44,872 bases of DNA from Stramenopiles sp. TOSAG23-3 (lineage: Eukaryota), in the NCBI GenBank assembly GCA_900128585.1, contig LT642171.1, forward strand, positions 1 through 44,872. Direction: 5' to 3'. The notes below the pieces were generated by a model. That model made no database searches, was not told the origin of the DNA, and was given only the letters and a program-made list of their open reading frames with translations. This document shows, one piece after another, positions 20,030 to 29,691 of the stretch (the stretch's first letter is position 1; each line of letters begins with the position of its first letter). A program made the translations under genes and the position numbers.

Positions 20030-20210
20030 AATGAAAAAAAAAAAAAAAAGAAGAAAGAAAGAAAGAAGGAATGAAAGAAGGAAGAAAGAAAGAAAGAAGG
20101 AAGAAGAAAGGAAAGAAAGAAGGAAGAAGAAAGGAAAGAAAGAAAGATCAAGAAAGAAAGAAAGAGAGAAAGAAAGAAAGAAAGAAGAAAGGAAAGAAGG
20201 AAGAAAGGAA
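20030..20210. repeat. Purine-only GAA/GAAA tract
   Basis: About 180 bp of nearly exclusively A and G on the + strand. Confidence 0.95.
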
Positions 20211-20502
20211 TGTGTGATAATGTATTAATTACTACTAGACTATGTAATATTGTATTCTAGTATAGATATATCACCCTATTAAAAAAAGAGAGGCAAAAAA
20301 AAAAGATCGTCGTCGTCGACGATGATGGAGGAAATGGTGGATCATCTTCTCTTTGTCGCGAGTAGTAGTTTGGATTCTTGTTAAACGAAGAATGTTCTGT
20401 TTTTATATTAAATATTCATCGATCGATTCACCTTGTACTCTTGTTGTAGCTTATAGTTTATAAGTAAGGTTGGGTTATCCTAGTGCTCGGGGGGTTGTAG
20501 GC

Positions 20503-21585
20503 ATGAAAATAGAGCCGTATAAGCCGCACGAGCTCTGGAACGTCTCGCAGCTGTTGCCGGACGGACGGGAGAGTTCAAGCGGTTCGGGTAAGGGCGAGCA
20601 TAAGTCAAACGGGCAGAGCGTTCTCGACGGGCAGTTGCGTGATAAAAAGGTTTGTTTCTGTTTTGGTGGAGGAGGCTACTATGGTAATATATTCTTAGGT
20701 ATTATCAAATTTATTCAGGAAGCCTTTAGCCCCGAGTATGTTGAACGTTATTTTTGCTTTGCCGGCGAGTCTGCCGGTGCCGCGTTTGCTTCCTACGCAG
20801 TGTTGGGAATACCGTACGAAAAGGTATGTAAACTTCACAGGGATCATACCATTGCTTCGTACAATCAGCGCGACCAGGGATTAACGAAAGTCAAGGAAAG
20901 CAGCGAAAATTTATTGAAGGAAGCGTATAGTGAAGTGTTCCGTTGGCCACCAAAAAAAGTACAAAAAGCCGTCCGCGATCGCTTGATGTTCACCACTAAT
21001 CAACTGCGACCGTGTAAGTGTGGAATGGAAACACTGAAGTTGACCAATTTTGATTCCATGGAAGATGTGATGGTTGCAATCGTTGCGTCAGCGTACATTC
21101 CGATTGCTATGCCAATTCTAGAGTTTCCCCGTCTGGGAGGAAAATTTGTCGTTGACGGCGGCTTTACTGTTGCTGGGTCCGTTCCTTGCTTCAACGATTG
21201 CACGGTAGTCTACTGTTTGGCCTGTGGTACACCGAGCCCTGGTGTCCCCGAGCAATTCAAACGGGCGTGTATCACGCCTTCGGTGATCAATAACAATTAC
21301 ACATTCAACATGATGTTTCCTTATTGCGCCGAAGAGTTTGATAAATTGGTGGAGGACGGCTATAACCAGGCCAAAAAATATTTTTTATCCACGTCCTATT
21401 TTCGCCAAAAGATCGTGAAAATTGGGATGTTAAAAGAGTCCCGTATGAAATTTGGTTCTCATAGCGAAAGGACCGATGACGTGGGTGTTCGGGCATGCCG
21501 GAATGGTGGGTCTGCGCAAAACGTGAAGAAGCGAAACCGGCGTGCGGCATCTAAGGGTAGACAGAAGGCAAGCAAACGACTTTGA
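20503..21585 (+). CDS. Patatin-like phospholipase/triacylglycerol lipase (PNPLA family)
   Basis: Gly-rich oxyanion loop FCFGGGGYYG, nucleophile GESAG, ASAYIP and catalytic VDGG. First ATG at 20503. Confidence 0.9.
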   Translation: MKIEPYKPHELWNVSQLLPDGRESSSGSGKGEHKSNGQSVLDGQLRDKKVCFCFGGGGYYGNIFLGIIKFIQEAFSPEYVERYFCFAGESAGAAFASYAVLGIPYEKVCKLHRDHTIASYNQRDQGLTKVKESSENLLKEAYSEVFRWPPKKVQKAVRDRLMFTTNQLRPCKCGMETLKLTNFDSMEDVMVAIVASAYIPIAMPILEFPRLGGKFVVDGGFTVAGSVPCFNDCTVVYCLACGTPSPGVPEQFKRACITPSVINNNYTFNMMFPYCAEEFDKLVEDGYNQAKKYFLSTSYFRQKIVKIGMLKESRMKFGSHSERTDDVGVRACRNGGSAQNVKKRNRRAASKGRQKASKRL

Positions 21586-21714
21586 TTTATCTAATGAATA
21601 CTTTCCTGTGTTATTTATTAAACGTATGTGAAATAAAAAGAATATTACAGCCAATTTTCTTGTTTTTATTATTCATATATTTTATTATATCATCATATTT
21701 TATTATATTAATCA

Positions 21715-21870
21715 TCTTCTTCTTCTTCTTCTTCTATCATCTCTTTTTTTCTTTTTTTATTATTACCTAGCAGCTAGCAGCAGCCAATAATTTTCTTCTT
21801 CTTCTTCTTTCTTCTTCTTTCTTCTTCTTCTTCTTTCTTCTTTCTTCTTCTTTCTTCTTTCTTCTTCTTC
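21715..21870. repeat. (TTC)n tracts
   Basis: Two runs of ttc/tttc units. Confidence 0.9.
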
Positions 21871-22277
21871 ATGTTTTTTTTATGATGATCGATTAATATA
21901 TAATTTAATATTATTACCTTTGTGGTAGTACCTGGTACCTGGTGGTGCGTAGTAGAGATTAGAGTTCGTCGTCTAATAATAATAATAATAATAATAATTA
22001 AAAAAATTAAACCACCTTTATTAACCCACACCACAAAAAGCAGCAAAAGCGAAAGCAAATCCAAAGGGAGGCGAGCGACGAACGCATGCTTGTGGTGCTC
22101 TATTTTGAATAGCGTTTAAGTATTGTTTGTTTGTATTCGTTGGGGGGGTTATCTAGGAAGAACCGGTGTAGCGTTTTTTTTAAACGGACCGCACCATCCA
22201 CGACGTCTCTCAGGGCACGTTTGGAGCGAGGAGTTACATAGCGGGCGTTTTCAATAGTGGTGTTTGCATACATTCAC

Positions 22278-23000
22278 ATGACCCGGAAAGGCAAACGTCG
22301 TCGGGCGTTCGAGCGGAGCAATGCGGAGTGCACGCCCGTCTGCCCCGTGCATGAGACGGTAACGGACTTTGACAAGGAATCGTTGGTCCAAATGCTCGGG
22401 TTTGTCCCGTCGAACTTGTACATGGTACGGGCGAGGGACCCTGCCACGAAGGCGCCGCAGGCGTGCCTCATGTACCCCCTGTCGAACACGGCACGGCAGG
22501 AAAAGTTGGAGCCGTTCCCGACCATTTGCTGGCTGACGTGCACCAAGCTGAAAGGCAAGGTCAGCGCGCTCGAAGGCGACGGTTGGGTCCAAAAGTTCGA
22601 GCACCGGCTGAGAGAGAACACGGGGACGCACGGGAAACGCATGGTGGCGGCCCACCGGCTGTACGCGCGGTACCGCACGTCCATGCTCACCGAGCCCGAT
22701 CGGGAGACCGTGCGGCAGAACGGGTGGGGGGCGGCCTTAGGAGAAAACAGGGGGGTGGCGGGAATCACAAACAACTTTGCCCATCTTCACTCGTATACGA
22801 CGGGGACAGTCGTCGCGGCGTCCCTGGAGCAGAACAAGGAGGGCCAGGTTCCGATGGCGACCACGTGGGAGCTCAGCGTCAAGTGCCTGCACGCGCACCT
22901 TGCACATTACCTTTGCTTTCCCCAGCACGGGAACGTCATCGGCCAGTGGACCTACGAGGCCCTGCAGCAAGCGGGGGAGGAGCTGAATCAGAAAATTTAA
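22278..23000 (+). CDS. DUF501 domain-containing protein
   Basis: PFPTICWLTC..L...VSALE..G, RGVAG and VKCLHAHLAHYL...GNVIGQW match my recollection of DUF501 motifs. First ATG at 22278. Confidence 0.85.
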   Translation: MTRKGKRRRAFERSNAECTPVCPVHETVTDFDKESLVQMLGFVPSNLYMVRARDPATKAPQACLMYPLSNTARQEKLEPFPTICWLTCTKLKGKVSALEGDGWVQKFEHRLRENTGTHGKRMVAAHRLYARYRTSMLTEPDRETVRQNGWGAALGENRGVAGITNNFAHLHSYTTGTVVAASLEQNKEGQVPMATTWELSVKCLHAHLAHYLCFPQHGNVIGQWTYEALQQAGEELNQKI

Positions 23001-23048
23001 GAGAATTATTTACGGTATGAAAATAATATTGATAAAAACGTTGGACGA

Positions 23049-24725
23049 CTACCTGCTTCCTGCACCGTAGGCACTGCCATGGTACTCTGCGTTTGGGGAA
23101 CCATTTTGCTTGTAGTACAACTCCCACAAAGCGTTCCTGTAGAACGAAGCGTACACGTTCCACTGCCATGCCCTGAACGCCGCCTCTTGCGGGGACCCTG
23201 CCGCTGCTCCCCCGTACGGATGGCGCGGCATCATGCCCCGACCTGGCCTCTCTCCTTCCCGAGGGGCCAGCGGTGCAACGGCTCGTCGTCGGACGGTCAC
23301 TGGGCGCGCCGCGGACCTCTCGCCCGCGACGGCCCTGGCCCGCCCCGCCCTCAGCTCCACCCGCTCCCCTTGCCCCGCCTGCCGCTCCCTTGGCCCCACC
23401 TGCCGCTCCGCCTGCCGCTCCCTTGGCCCCGCCTGCCGCTCCCTTGCCCCCACCTGCCGCTCTGCCTGCCGCTCCCTTGGCCCCGCCTGCCGCTCCCCTT
23501 GCCCCGCCTGCCGCTCCTCCGTCCCACCACCCTCATTCTCCACCACTCGAACGACCAGCACCACGGGCAAGGCAGCCATGCGGCAGAGCCACATCGTCCA
23601 CAGGGCGTACAACGCAAAGCTGTCCTGCATCAAGCGCCCGCCCCCCACTGGGCCCTTCTTTCGCCAGCCCCATGACTCGATGATGGTGATCCAGTCGCCG
23701 GTCACGGCCCAGACGAGGGCGTACAGCGTGTAGCTGTGGCAGCAGAGCCTCCACGCGCCGGCGACAAGCCGGCAGAGGGGGATTGAGGCGGCCGGCGGCC
23801 TCGCTCGCTCAGCGTGCCTGAGCGCGATGGAGCAGACGATCGCGGCCGGGAGGGTCATGAGGGCCACCGCAGCCATGGCCTCCAGAAACGAGACGACCGA
23901 GAACGTCAGCACGACCGCGAGGCCCGCGGGGACCGACGCCAAATAGGCCGCGGGGACCGACGCCTCCCGCCCTGCCCGCTCCTTGTACTGTTTCTGCACG
24001 ACCTCCTTGGAGCACAGGTATCGGTGGCCTTTCTTCCCCGCCATCTCCCGTTTGCAAAACATTTTCATGAAAAGGTACACCTGGTTGAAGGGAGAGGTGA
24101 ACCCCACGGTCAGATACGTCCCCAGCAGGTTCACCTTCGACTTGGTCGGGGATGGGTGGTTGCCCTTGGGAGTCCCAGAGTTCGTCACGATGGTGATCCA
24201 CTTTCCGAAAAATTCTTGGCGATGGATCGCGGCCACCTCCTCCGAGGACAGCGTGCGGGCCCCTCGCTTGTTCCTTGCCTCTAGCAGCGCCCGCCGCTGC
24301 TCCCGAACGCTCCGGGCAAACTGGACCTCCGGCTCCGGCAAAAGCTTCAGGAGCGAGCCGCCGTCAACCCCGAAGCGAATGCCGATGTACGACATGACGC
24401 AGTGGAGGGAGTCCTTGTACCACTTCGGAAGGGGCACGGTGAACGGGGTGGGCGGACCATCGACCACGTTGACTTTCTCCTCCACTGTGTCGTACGTAAA
24501 GACAAGGCCCTCAGGGAACACGTCCGCCGTTTCTGCGAGTGCGTCCGAGCGGTACAGCCGGTCCAGCACCGCCTGCTCCCGCCAAACAAACTTTCCAGCC
24601 AAGAAAAACTCCACGATCAAACAGACCGTAAAAACGTGGCAAATCGCCCCCCAACAGGACTGCCGGTGGGGGTGCCGAAGGAACCCTTTGTAAAAACCAG
24701 GCCCAAGGGAGGCCAACAGTGTCAT
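23049..24725 (-). CDS. Hypothetical multi-pass membrane protein with an ERQA(G) repeat region
   Basis: 558-aa ATG ORF, very GC-rich, with one N-terminal and 3-4 central hydrophobic segments. The topology is loosely DUF1189-like (uncertain). Confidence 0.7.
   Translation of the reverse strand: MTLLASLGPGFYKGFLRHPHRQSCWGAICHVFTVCLIVEFFLAGKFVWREQAVLDRLYRSDALAETADVFPEGLVFTYDTVEEKVNVVDGPPTPFTVPLPKWYKDSLHCVMSYIGIRFGVDGGSLLKLLPEPEVQFARSVREQRRALLEARNKRGARTLSSEEVAAIHRQEFFGKWITIVTNSGTPKGNHPSPTKSKVNLLGTYLTVGFTSPFNQVYLFMKMFCKREMAGKKGHRYLCSKEVVQKQYKERAGREASVPAAYLASVPAGLAVVLTFSVVSFLEAMAAVALMTLPAAIVCSIALRHAERARPPAASIPLCRLVAGAWRLCCHSYTLYALVWAVTGDWITIIESWGWRKKGPVGGGRLMQDSFALYALWTMWLCRMAALPVVLVVRVVENEGGGTEERQAGQGERQAGPRERQAERQVGARERQAGPRERQAERQVGPRERQAGQGERVELRAGRARAVAGERSAARPVTVRRRAVAPLAPREGERPGRGMMPRHPYGGAAAGSPQEAAFRAWQWNVYASFYRNALWELYYKQNGSPNAEYHGSAYGAGSR
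23358..23518 (-). repeat. GC-rich 21/12-nt coding minisatellite (ERQAGQG/ERQAGPR/ERQA/ERQVG)
   Basis: Repeated ccgctcccct tgccccgcctg-type units. Confidence 0.9.
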
Positions 24726-24737
24726 TTTTTTTGATAT

Positions 24738-24822
24738 TTTTCGTTCGTTTGTCCGTTCGTTCTTTCATTCGTTTGTTCGATATTTCATTTGTTTGTCCGT
24801 TCGTTCGTTCATTCGTTTCTTT
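24738..24822. repeat. Degenerate (TTCG/TTTG/TTCA)n tetranucleotide repeat
   Basis: ttcgttcgtttgtccgttcgttctttcattcg... lies immediately upstream of the minus-strand ATG at 24725. Confidence 0.85.
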
Positions 24823-25167
24823 CTGTTATGCAATAGCTATTTTTTAATTGAAAGAAAGAAAGAAAAGAGTTTGTTTATATAAGTTGGTTCGTTGTTTGAT
24901 GAGAAGAAGGACGGAAGTAACCGAAAGGTGGTCGGTCGGTGGTCGGTGGTGGCAAAAAAAAGCGTAAACTTCAGAAATCCTCATACGGTAGATGACACAG
25001 CATTGCTCATAAGGTACATGACACAGGACTGCTCCAGGGAGTCAGTTCATTTTTGTTGTTGCGTTATATTATAATACCTACATAAGATAACATTTTTATT
25101 TTGTTTTTTACTTTTTACTACATTTTTGGAGTATCTTAAAAATACTATATGCATAATTAGATTTTTA

Positions 25168-27093
25168 CTACATTCCTTTTTTATCTTTCTCCATGTGATG
25201 CTTGGGGTCAACCGGCCCTATTGCAGCGTTGGACAAAAGAGCCAACCCCAGCAAACCACTGCAAGCGTACATCGTGGTGGTGTAAATACCTGCCGTGGGG
25301 TCTACCGTGCCGACCGGTGCGATTTCCATCAGCTTTGATATGGTGACTGTGTTCGCATCCATCAATGCTTCCAGCTTCTCTTTTCCCGCCCCGAAAGTAG
25401 CACTAAACGACGAATCGTCGACGATATCTGTCAGTTCAACGATGGCCTGGTCCGTTGAATGTTTACGCAGCGTCGTCAGCCCCATCGGGCCAACGAGACC
25501 GGCCATTGACCACGACGTGAGCAAGCGGCCATGAATTCCACCGACGTGTTTCGTCCCAAATATATCGGCCAAGTACGCAGGTATTGTCGCAAACCCCCCG
25601 CCATACATGGTAAATATGCACATAGATGCACCATAGAACATGACAAGGGGCGTAACCCCATCGGATACTCCGGCCAGCTGGGCCGTGTACGGGATGGATA
25701 GGTACAGGGGAATCCCCAACCCGAAGAAGGTAAAATACGTGTTCTTTCTACCAATGTAATCGGACGCAGATGCCCAGAAAAACCTTCCAGACATGTTCGC
25801 CACGGATATCATGGACACGTACGTCGCGGCAAACGTGCCGTCCACTACCGTCGGCATGGCTGTTTCAAAAATGTCACTCATCATAGTCTTTGCAACGCCG
25901 AGAACCCCGATGCCCGCGGCAACGTTGCAAAACAAATTTGTCCACAGCAAGTAAAACTGGCGCGTCTTCAACGATTCATTGATATCTACATTCTCGGTGG
26001 TTACCATGGGGTTGCCCTTGACCTGCTCTTTCCCGTCGCTGCCTTCCGCCGCTGCAGAAGGCGGGACAAATCCTTCTGGGAGCCACCCTTCCTTCGGGAC
26101 ACGGTACATCAAAGACGCCGCGATCATGGTGCAAAAATACACGGACCCGAGGGTCATGAAAGTTTCCGCCGTGCCAGAGCAGCCCGTGCCCACGACGTAG
26201 ACCCCTTCCTGCAACCCTTCGACGCCGAGCTTAGCAACGTCCGACGCTGACGCCACGACGACATCGACGATGTTCCCAGACGTGTCCTCCGCGATCCGGG
26301 CGCCGGTTTCAACGTTGGTTTGCACATCAACTTTGGACGCTGGTCCTAAGTATTCCGGGGCAACAAAGTAGGATGAAATCAGTGCCTTCTTCACCGGGGC
26401 AGCGATCATTGCCCCACCACCAAAACCCATAATCGCCATCCCGGTCGCCATCCCCCTTCTATCCGGAAACCAACGAATAAGTGTACTGACTGGGCTTACA
26501 TACCCCAGCCCGAGCCCACACCCACCCAACACCCCATAGCCAAGGTACAGTAACGGCAAGCTGTGCATCGAGATGCCGAGCGAGCCCAGCATAAAACCGC
26601 CCCCCCAACAGCACGCTGCTATCCCTCCCACCAGCCGGGGGCCAACGTCTTCCAGCCACTTCCCGGCAATGGCTGCAGACATGCCCAGGCACACGATCGA
26701 AGTTGAGAACACTGGGACTACTGACTGCAGTGTCCAATCTTGGGCGGCAGATGCGACGACACCGAACTCCCTCGTCAAGGGATCGTTGAACATGGACCAG
26801 GCATATACGCTTCCAATGGACAAGTGGGTCCCTATCGCAGCAGGGGGAACCAACCAACGGTTAAAATTGTCCTTCGCGACTATGTGCTCCTTGAAAAGCC
26901 ACCTCGGCAACATTTCTCTCCAAATATCCGTTTTCGGAGGCTCATCGTCTTCCTCTGAACCCCCTAAACCCGCAGCTGCGCTTGCTGAAGACGTCCGGTT
27001 GAGAAAGACATTCCCAGGTCGAGCCAGTGCGGCGGACACCCCAAAGTGCCGGGGAACACGCTTTATTGTCAAACCAGCGGTGAAACGATACAT
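25168..27093 (-). CDS. MFS transporter, oxalate:formate antiporter/monocarboxylate (OFA/YhjX-like) family, with an N-terminal extension
   Basis: Motifs IGSVYAWSMFN.PL, GKWLEDVGPR, LIRWFPDRRGMATGMAIMGFGGG, SDYIGRK and GGGFATIPAYLADIFGTKHVGGIHGRLL, with about 12 TM segments. First ATG at 27093. Confidence 0.93.
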   Translation of the reverse strand: MYRFTAGLTIKRVPRHFGVSAALARPGNVFLNRTSSASAAAGLGGSEEDDEPPKTDIWREMLPRWLFKEHIVAKDNFNRWLVPPAAIGTHLSIGSVYAWSMFNDPLTREFGVVASAAQDWTLQSVVPVFSTSIVCLGMSAAIAGKWLEDVGPRLVGGIAACCWGGGFMLGSLGISMHSLPLLYLGYGVLGGCGLGLGYVSPVSTLIRWFPDRRGMATGMAIMGFGGGAMIAAPVKKALISSYFVAPEYLGPASKVDVQTNVETGARIAEDTSGNIVDVVVASASDVAKLGVEGLQEGVYVVGTGCSGTAETFMTLGSVYFCTMIAASLMYRVPKEGWLPEGFVPPSAAAEGSDGKEQVKGNPMVTTENVDINESLKTRQFYLLWTNLFCNVAAGIGVLGVAKTMMSDIFETAMPTVVDGTFAATYVSMISVANMSGRFFWASASDYIGRKNTYFTFFGLGIPLYLSIPYTAQLAGVSDGVTPLVMFYGASMCIFTMYGGGFATIPAYLADIFGTKHVGGIHGRLLTSWSMAGLVGPMGLTTLRKHSTDQAIVELTDIVDDSSFSATFGAGKEKLEALMDANTVTISKLMEIAPVGTVDPTAGIYTTTMYACSGLLGLALLSNAAIGPVDPKHHMEKDKKGM

Positions 27094-27375
27094 TACAACG
27101 CGTTGGAAAAGCACTACAAAAGTAACGTGTTTGTGCACTGCCAAGAGAAAGAAATGAAACCCAAAAAACTCTGCACAAAAAGATTTGACGATCTAAACGA
27201 AAAATACCCCTGTTGCATAATTTCAGCTTGTTTTGACTGTTAAATAATAGGGAAACAAATAAATCAAAAATTACTCGTTCTTTCGTACTACTACCAAGAA
27301 GGTACTACTACTGTTGTATTTATTCCAAGTTTGTACTTCATTGTAATCATCATCACATTCACATTCATCATTTTT

Positions 27376-27409
<34 letters not shown>

Positions 27410-27739
27410 TAAATTTAAAAAAAAATGACTTCTTCTTCTATTCTTCTTCTTCGTTCCACTGCTGTAATTAAAAAACAAATTATTATAATATAGTAGTAGT
27501 ATGCATCATTAAGACTCTCATAATTATTAATACCAACAACAACACCAAAAAAATAAAAACAAAATTCGTATAAATATAGTTTAACTTGGTAAAAAAACAA
27601 ATTATATGGTAATAATTAAAACAAACGTCGTCGTCGATCGTCGTCATTTTGTTTACATCAATCGCACACCTGTTTTTTATTTTATTGAAAACCTAAACAC
27701 CCCGCCCGGTTGATGTGTGTGCGCGCGCGTGTGTGGCGC

Positions 27740-28420
27740 TTAATAATCGTTATAGCCGTTGCCTTCATTGCTGACGTGAAATTTGAATTTGCAATTGTTG
27801 GTATTTTTTGAATAAGTTAGGTTACATGAATTAACGGTAACTGGTTGGGACCCAGTTGAATATTGCCTTCGCATCATTCTTGGTCGATTAAACGTTTTCG
27901 TTTTCATGCCTTCAAATAATGCACCAAACACAGTTTTTACATCTTCTGCCAACAAATATTTTTTTGTAACAGTATTTGAACTCCCTTCATCTTTACCGAC
28001 GGCACCAAATATTTCCTGGAATTCAACTGGGGACATAAGAGCTTGTGCATTACATGGATTGTAAGATCCATAATCATAAAATTTCTTTGCAGTTATTCCT
28101 TTTCTTAGTGTTGCTTTTACTGCTTTTAAAATTGCTTTTCTCTTCGTTGCTGTTAGCGGTTGGTTAAATGTCAGTCCAGATGCTTTTTTTGATGAAGCCG
28201 CTTCTTTTTTCATCTTTTGTCTATAAGAAACAAACCAAGCAATAAAATGTTCGCGTGTAATTTCGTTATTCCCCTCTTCGAGTAATTTATTGTATATGCT
28301 CTCGCCCTCTTTTGTCCCATTTGCCACTCTTGGTTTTCTTTCCTGTTTTTTGTTTTGTTTAATGGTTGATTTTCCCAACTCAACGTTATTACTTTTTGGT
28401 GTGACATTAACTTTTACCAT
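27740..28420 (-). CDS. Hypothetical Lys-rich protein with atypically AT-rich coding sequence
   Basis: 226-aa ATG-to-TAA ORF with protein-like composition. Codons end mostly in A/T, unlike neighbouring genes. Confidence 0.7.
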   Translation of the reverse strand: MVKVNVTPKSNNVELGKSTIKQNKKQERKPRVANGTKEGESIYNKLLEEGNNEITREHFIAWFVSYRQKMKKEAASSKKASGLTFNQPLTATKRKAILKAVKATLRKGITAKKFYDYGSYNPCNAQALMSPVEFQEIFGAVGKDEGSSNTVTKKYLLAEDVKTVFGALFEGMKTKTFNRPRMMRRQYSTGSQPVTVNSCNLTYSKNTNNCKFKFHVSNEGNGYNDY

Positions 28421-28664
28421 TTTTCCAAATATACGCGTGTGTGTGTTCGTGCACAGTACCGTCTCGTTTCTTAACGATTAACAATATGAACAATATACTC
28501 TTTGCCTCATAATATTTACTTGTATGCCTCATACATCTAGTAAGTTCAAAGTAATACGCCCACCACCGCGCGAGCTTTCTCACCCATGATGACTTAATAA
28601 TAATTTTTGAAAAATAATATATTTTTTATTTTTTATTATTATATAATTTTACCGTAGTTATAAA

Positions 28665-28890
28665 ATTCTTCTTCTTCATTCTTCTTCATTCTTCTTCATT
28701 CTTCTTCATTCTTCTTCTTTCTCCTTCTTCTTCTTGTTTCTTCTTCTTCTTGTTTCTTCTTCTTTCTACTTCTTCTTTCTTCTTTTCTTTTCTTCTTCTT
28801 CTTTCTTCTTTTCTTTTCTTTTCTTCTTCTTTCTTTTCTTCTTCTTCTTCTTTCTTTTCTTCTTCTTCTTTCTTTTCTTCTTCTTCATTT
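28665..28890. repeat. (TTC)n tract including (TTCTTCTTCA)x4
   Basis: About 225 bp pyrimidine run. Confidence 0.95.
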
Positions 28891-29691
28891 TTCTATTACA
28901 TAGTGTAATAGTACGCGGTACCGTAATGTCTTCTTCCTATTAAAATACTACGGTAGCGCCCTTTCTGCTGCTCGTTCGTCTTTTTTCTTTTTTTTTGTGA
29001 TGGCGCGCTAAACAGATTATTATACTATATTTGTATTCTAATACATATGATTACCTATATAAATACAAATACAAGGTCTGTCGTTCCCTCCAAAATTTAT
29101 TTGTACCAAATATCTTTGATAACACAATGGCGCATTATAACTTCGATGCATTTAACAGGTTCATAGTATATAAAACATAAATATTCCTTCCTTGAAATCT
29201 TCTTAAATTTAATGCTATTGGCTGTATAATAATAATAAAATAGGAAATGAATCAATGAATACAAAAAAGAAGAAGAAAGAAGAAGAAGAAGAGAGAGTAG
29301 TACCCTTGGTAGTACTGGTACCAATGTAGAAGTAGAAGAAGAACACAAACAAAAACAACAAAAAAATTAATACAACAACAAATCAAATCAACAATCATTT
29401 TCTTCTTTCTAAGATTTGACTTATTAAACGAATAGAAGAATGGCAATTGAAGAGAGAAATAGAGAATAGTAGGAAAAGAACGTTCATTTGATACTGTTGT
29501 GATTTGAAAAAATTACATTGAAACAATCAATAAGAGCTGTAAATCAAATACCAAATCAAGCGAAACGCGGATCCTGCGACGACGACACATCAGTCAACGG
29601 AGCGTTCCCATCAACGAAGCCACCGTTTTTGAGCGGTTGAGACTGAACTCTAGGGTAGGCCTCGCTTTCGTAACCGTCTGTTAGTTAAATT

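Noticed and set aside
23079-24734. Long plus-strand ORFs antisense to the 558-aa gene
   Set aside because: They are shadow ORFs expected from high GC and the minisatellite, with low-complexity Pro/Arg translations.
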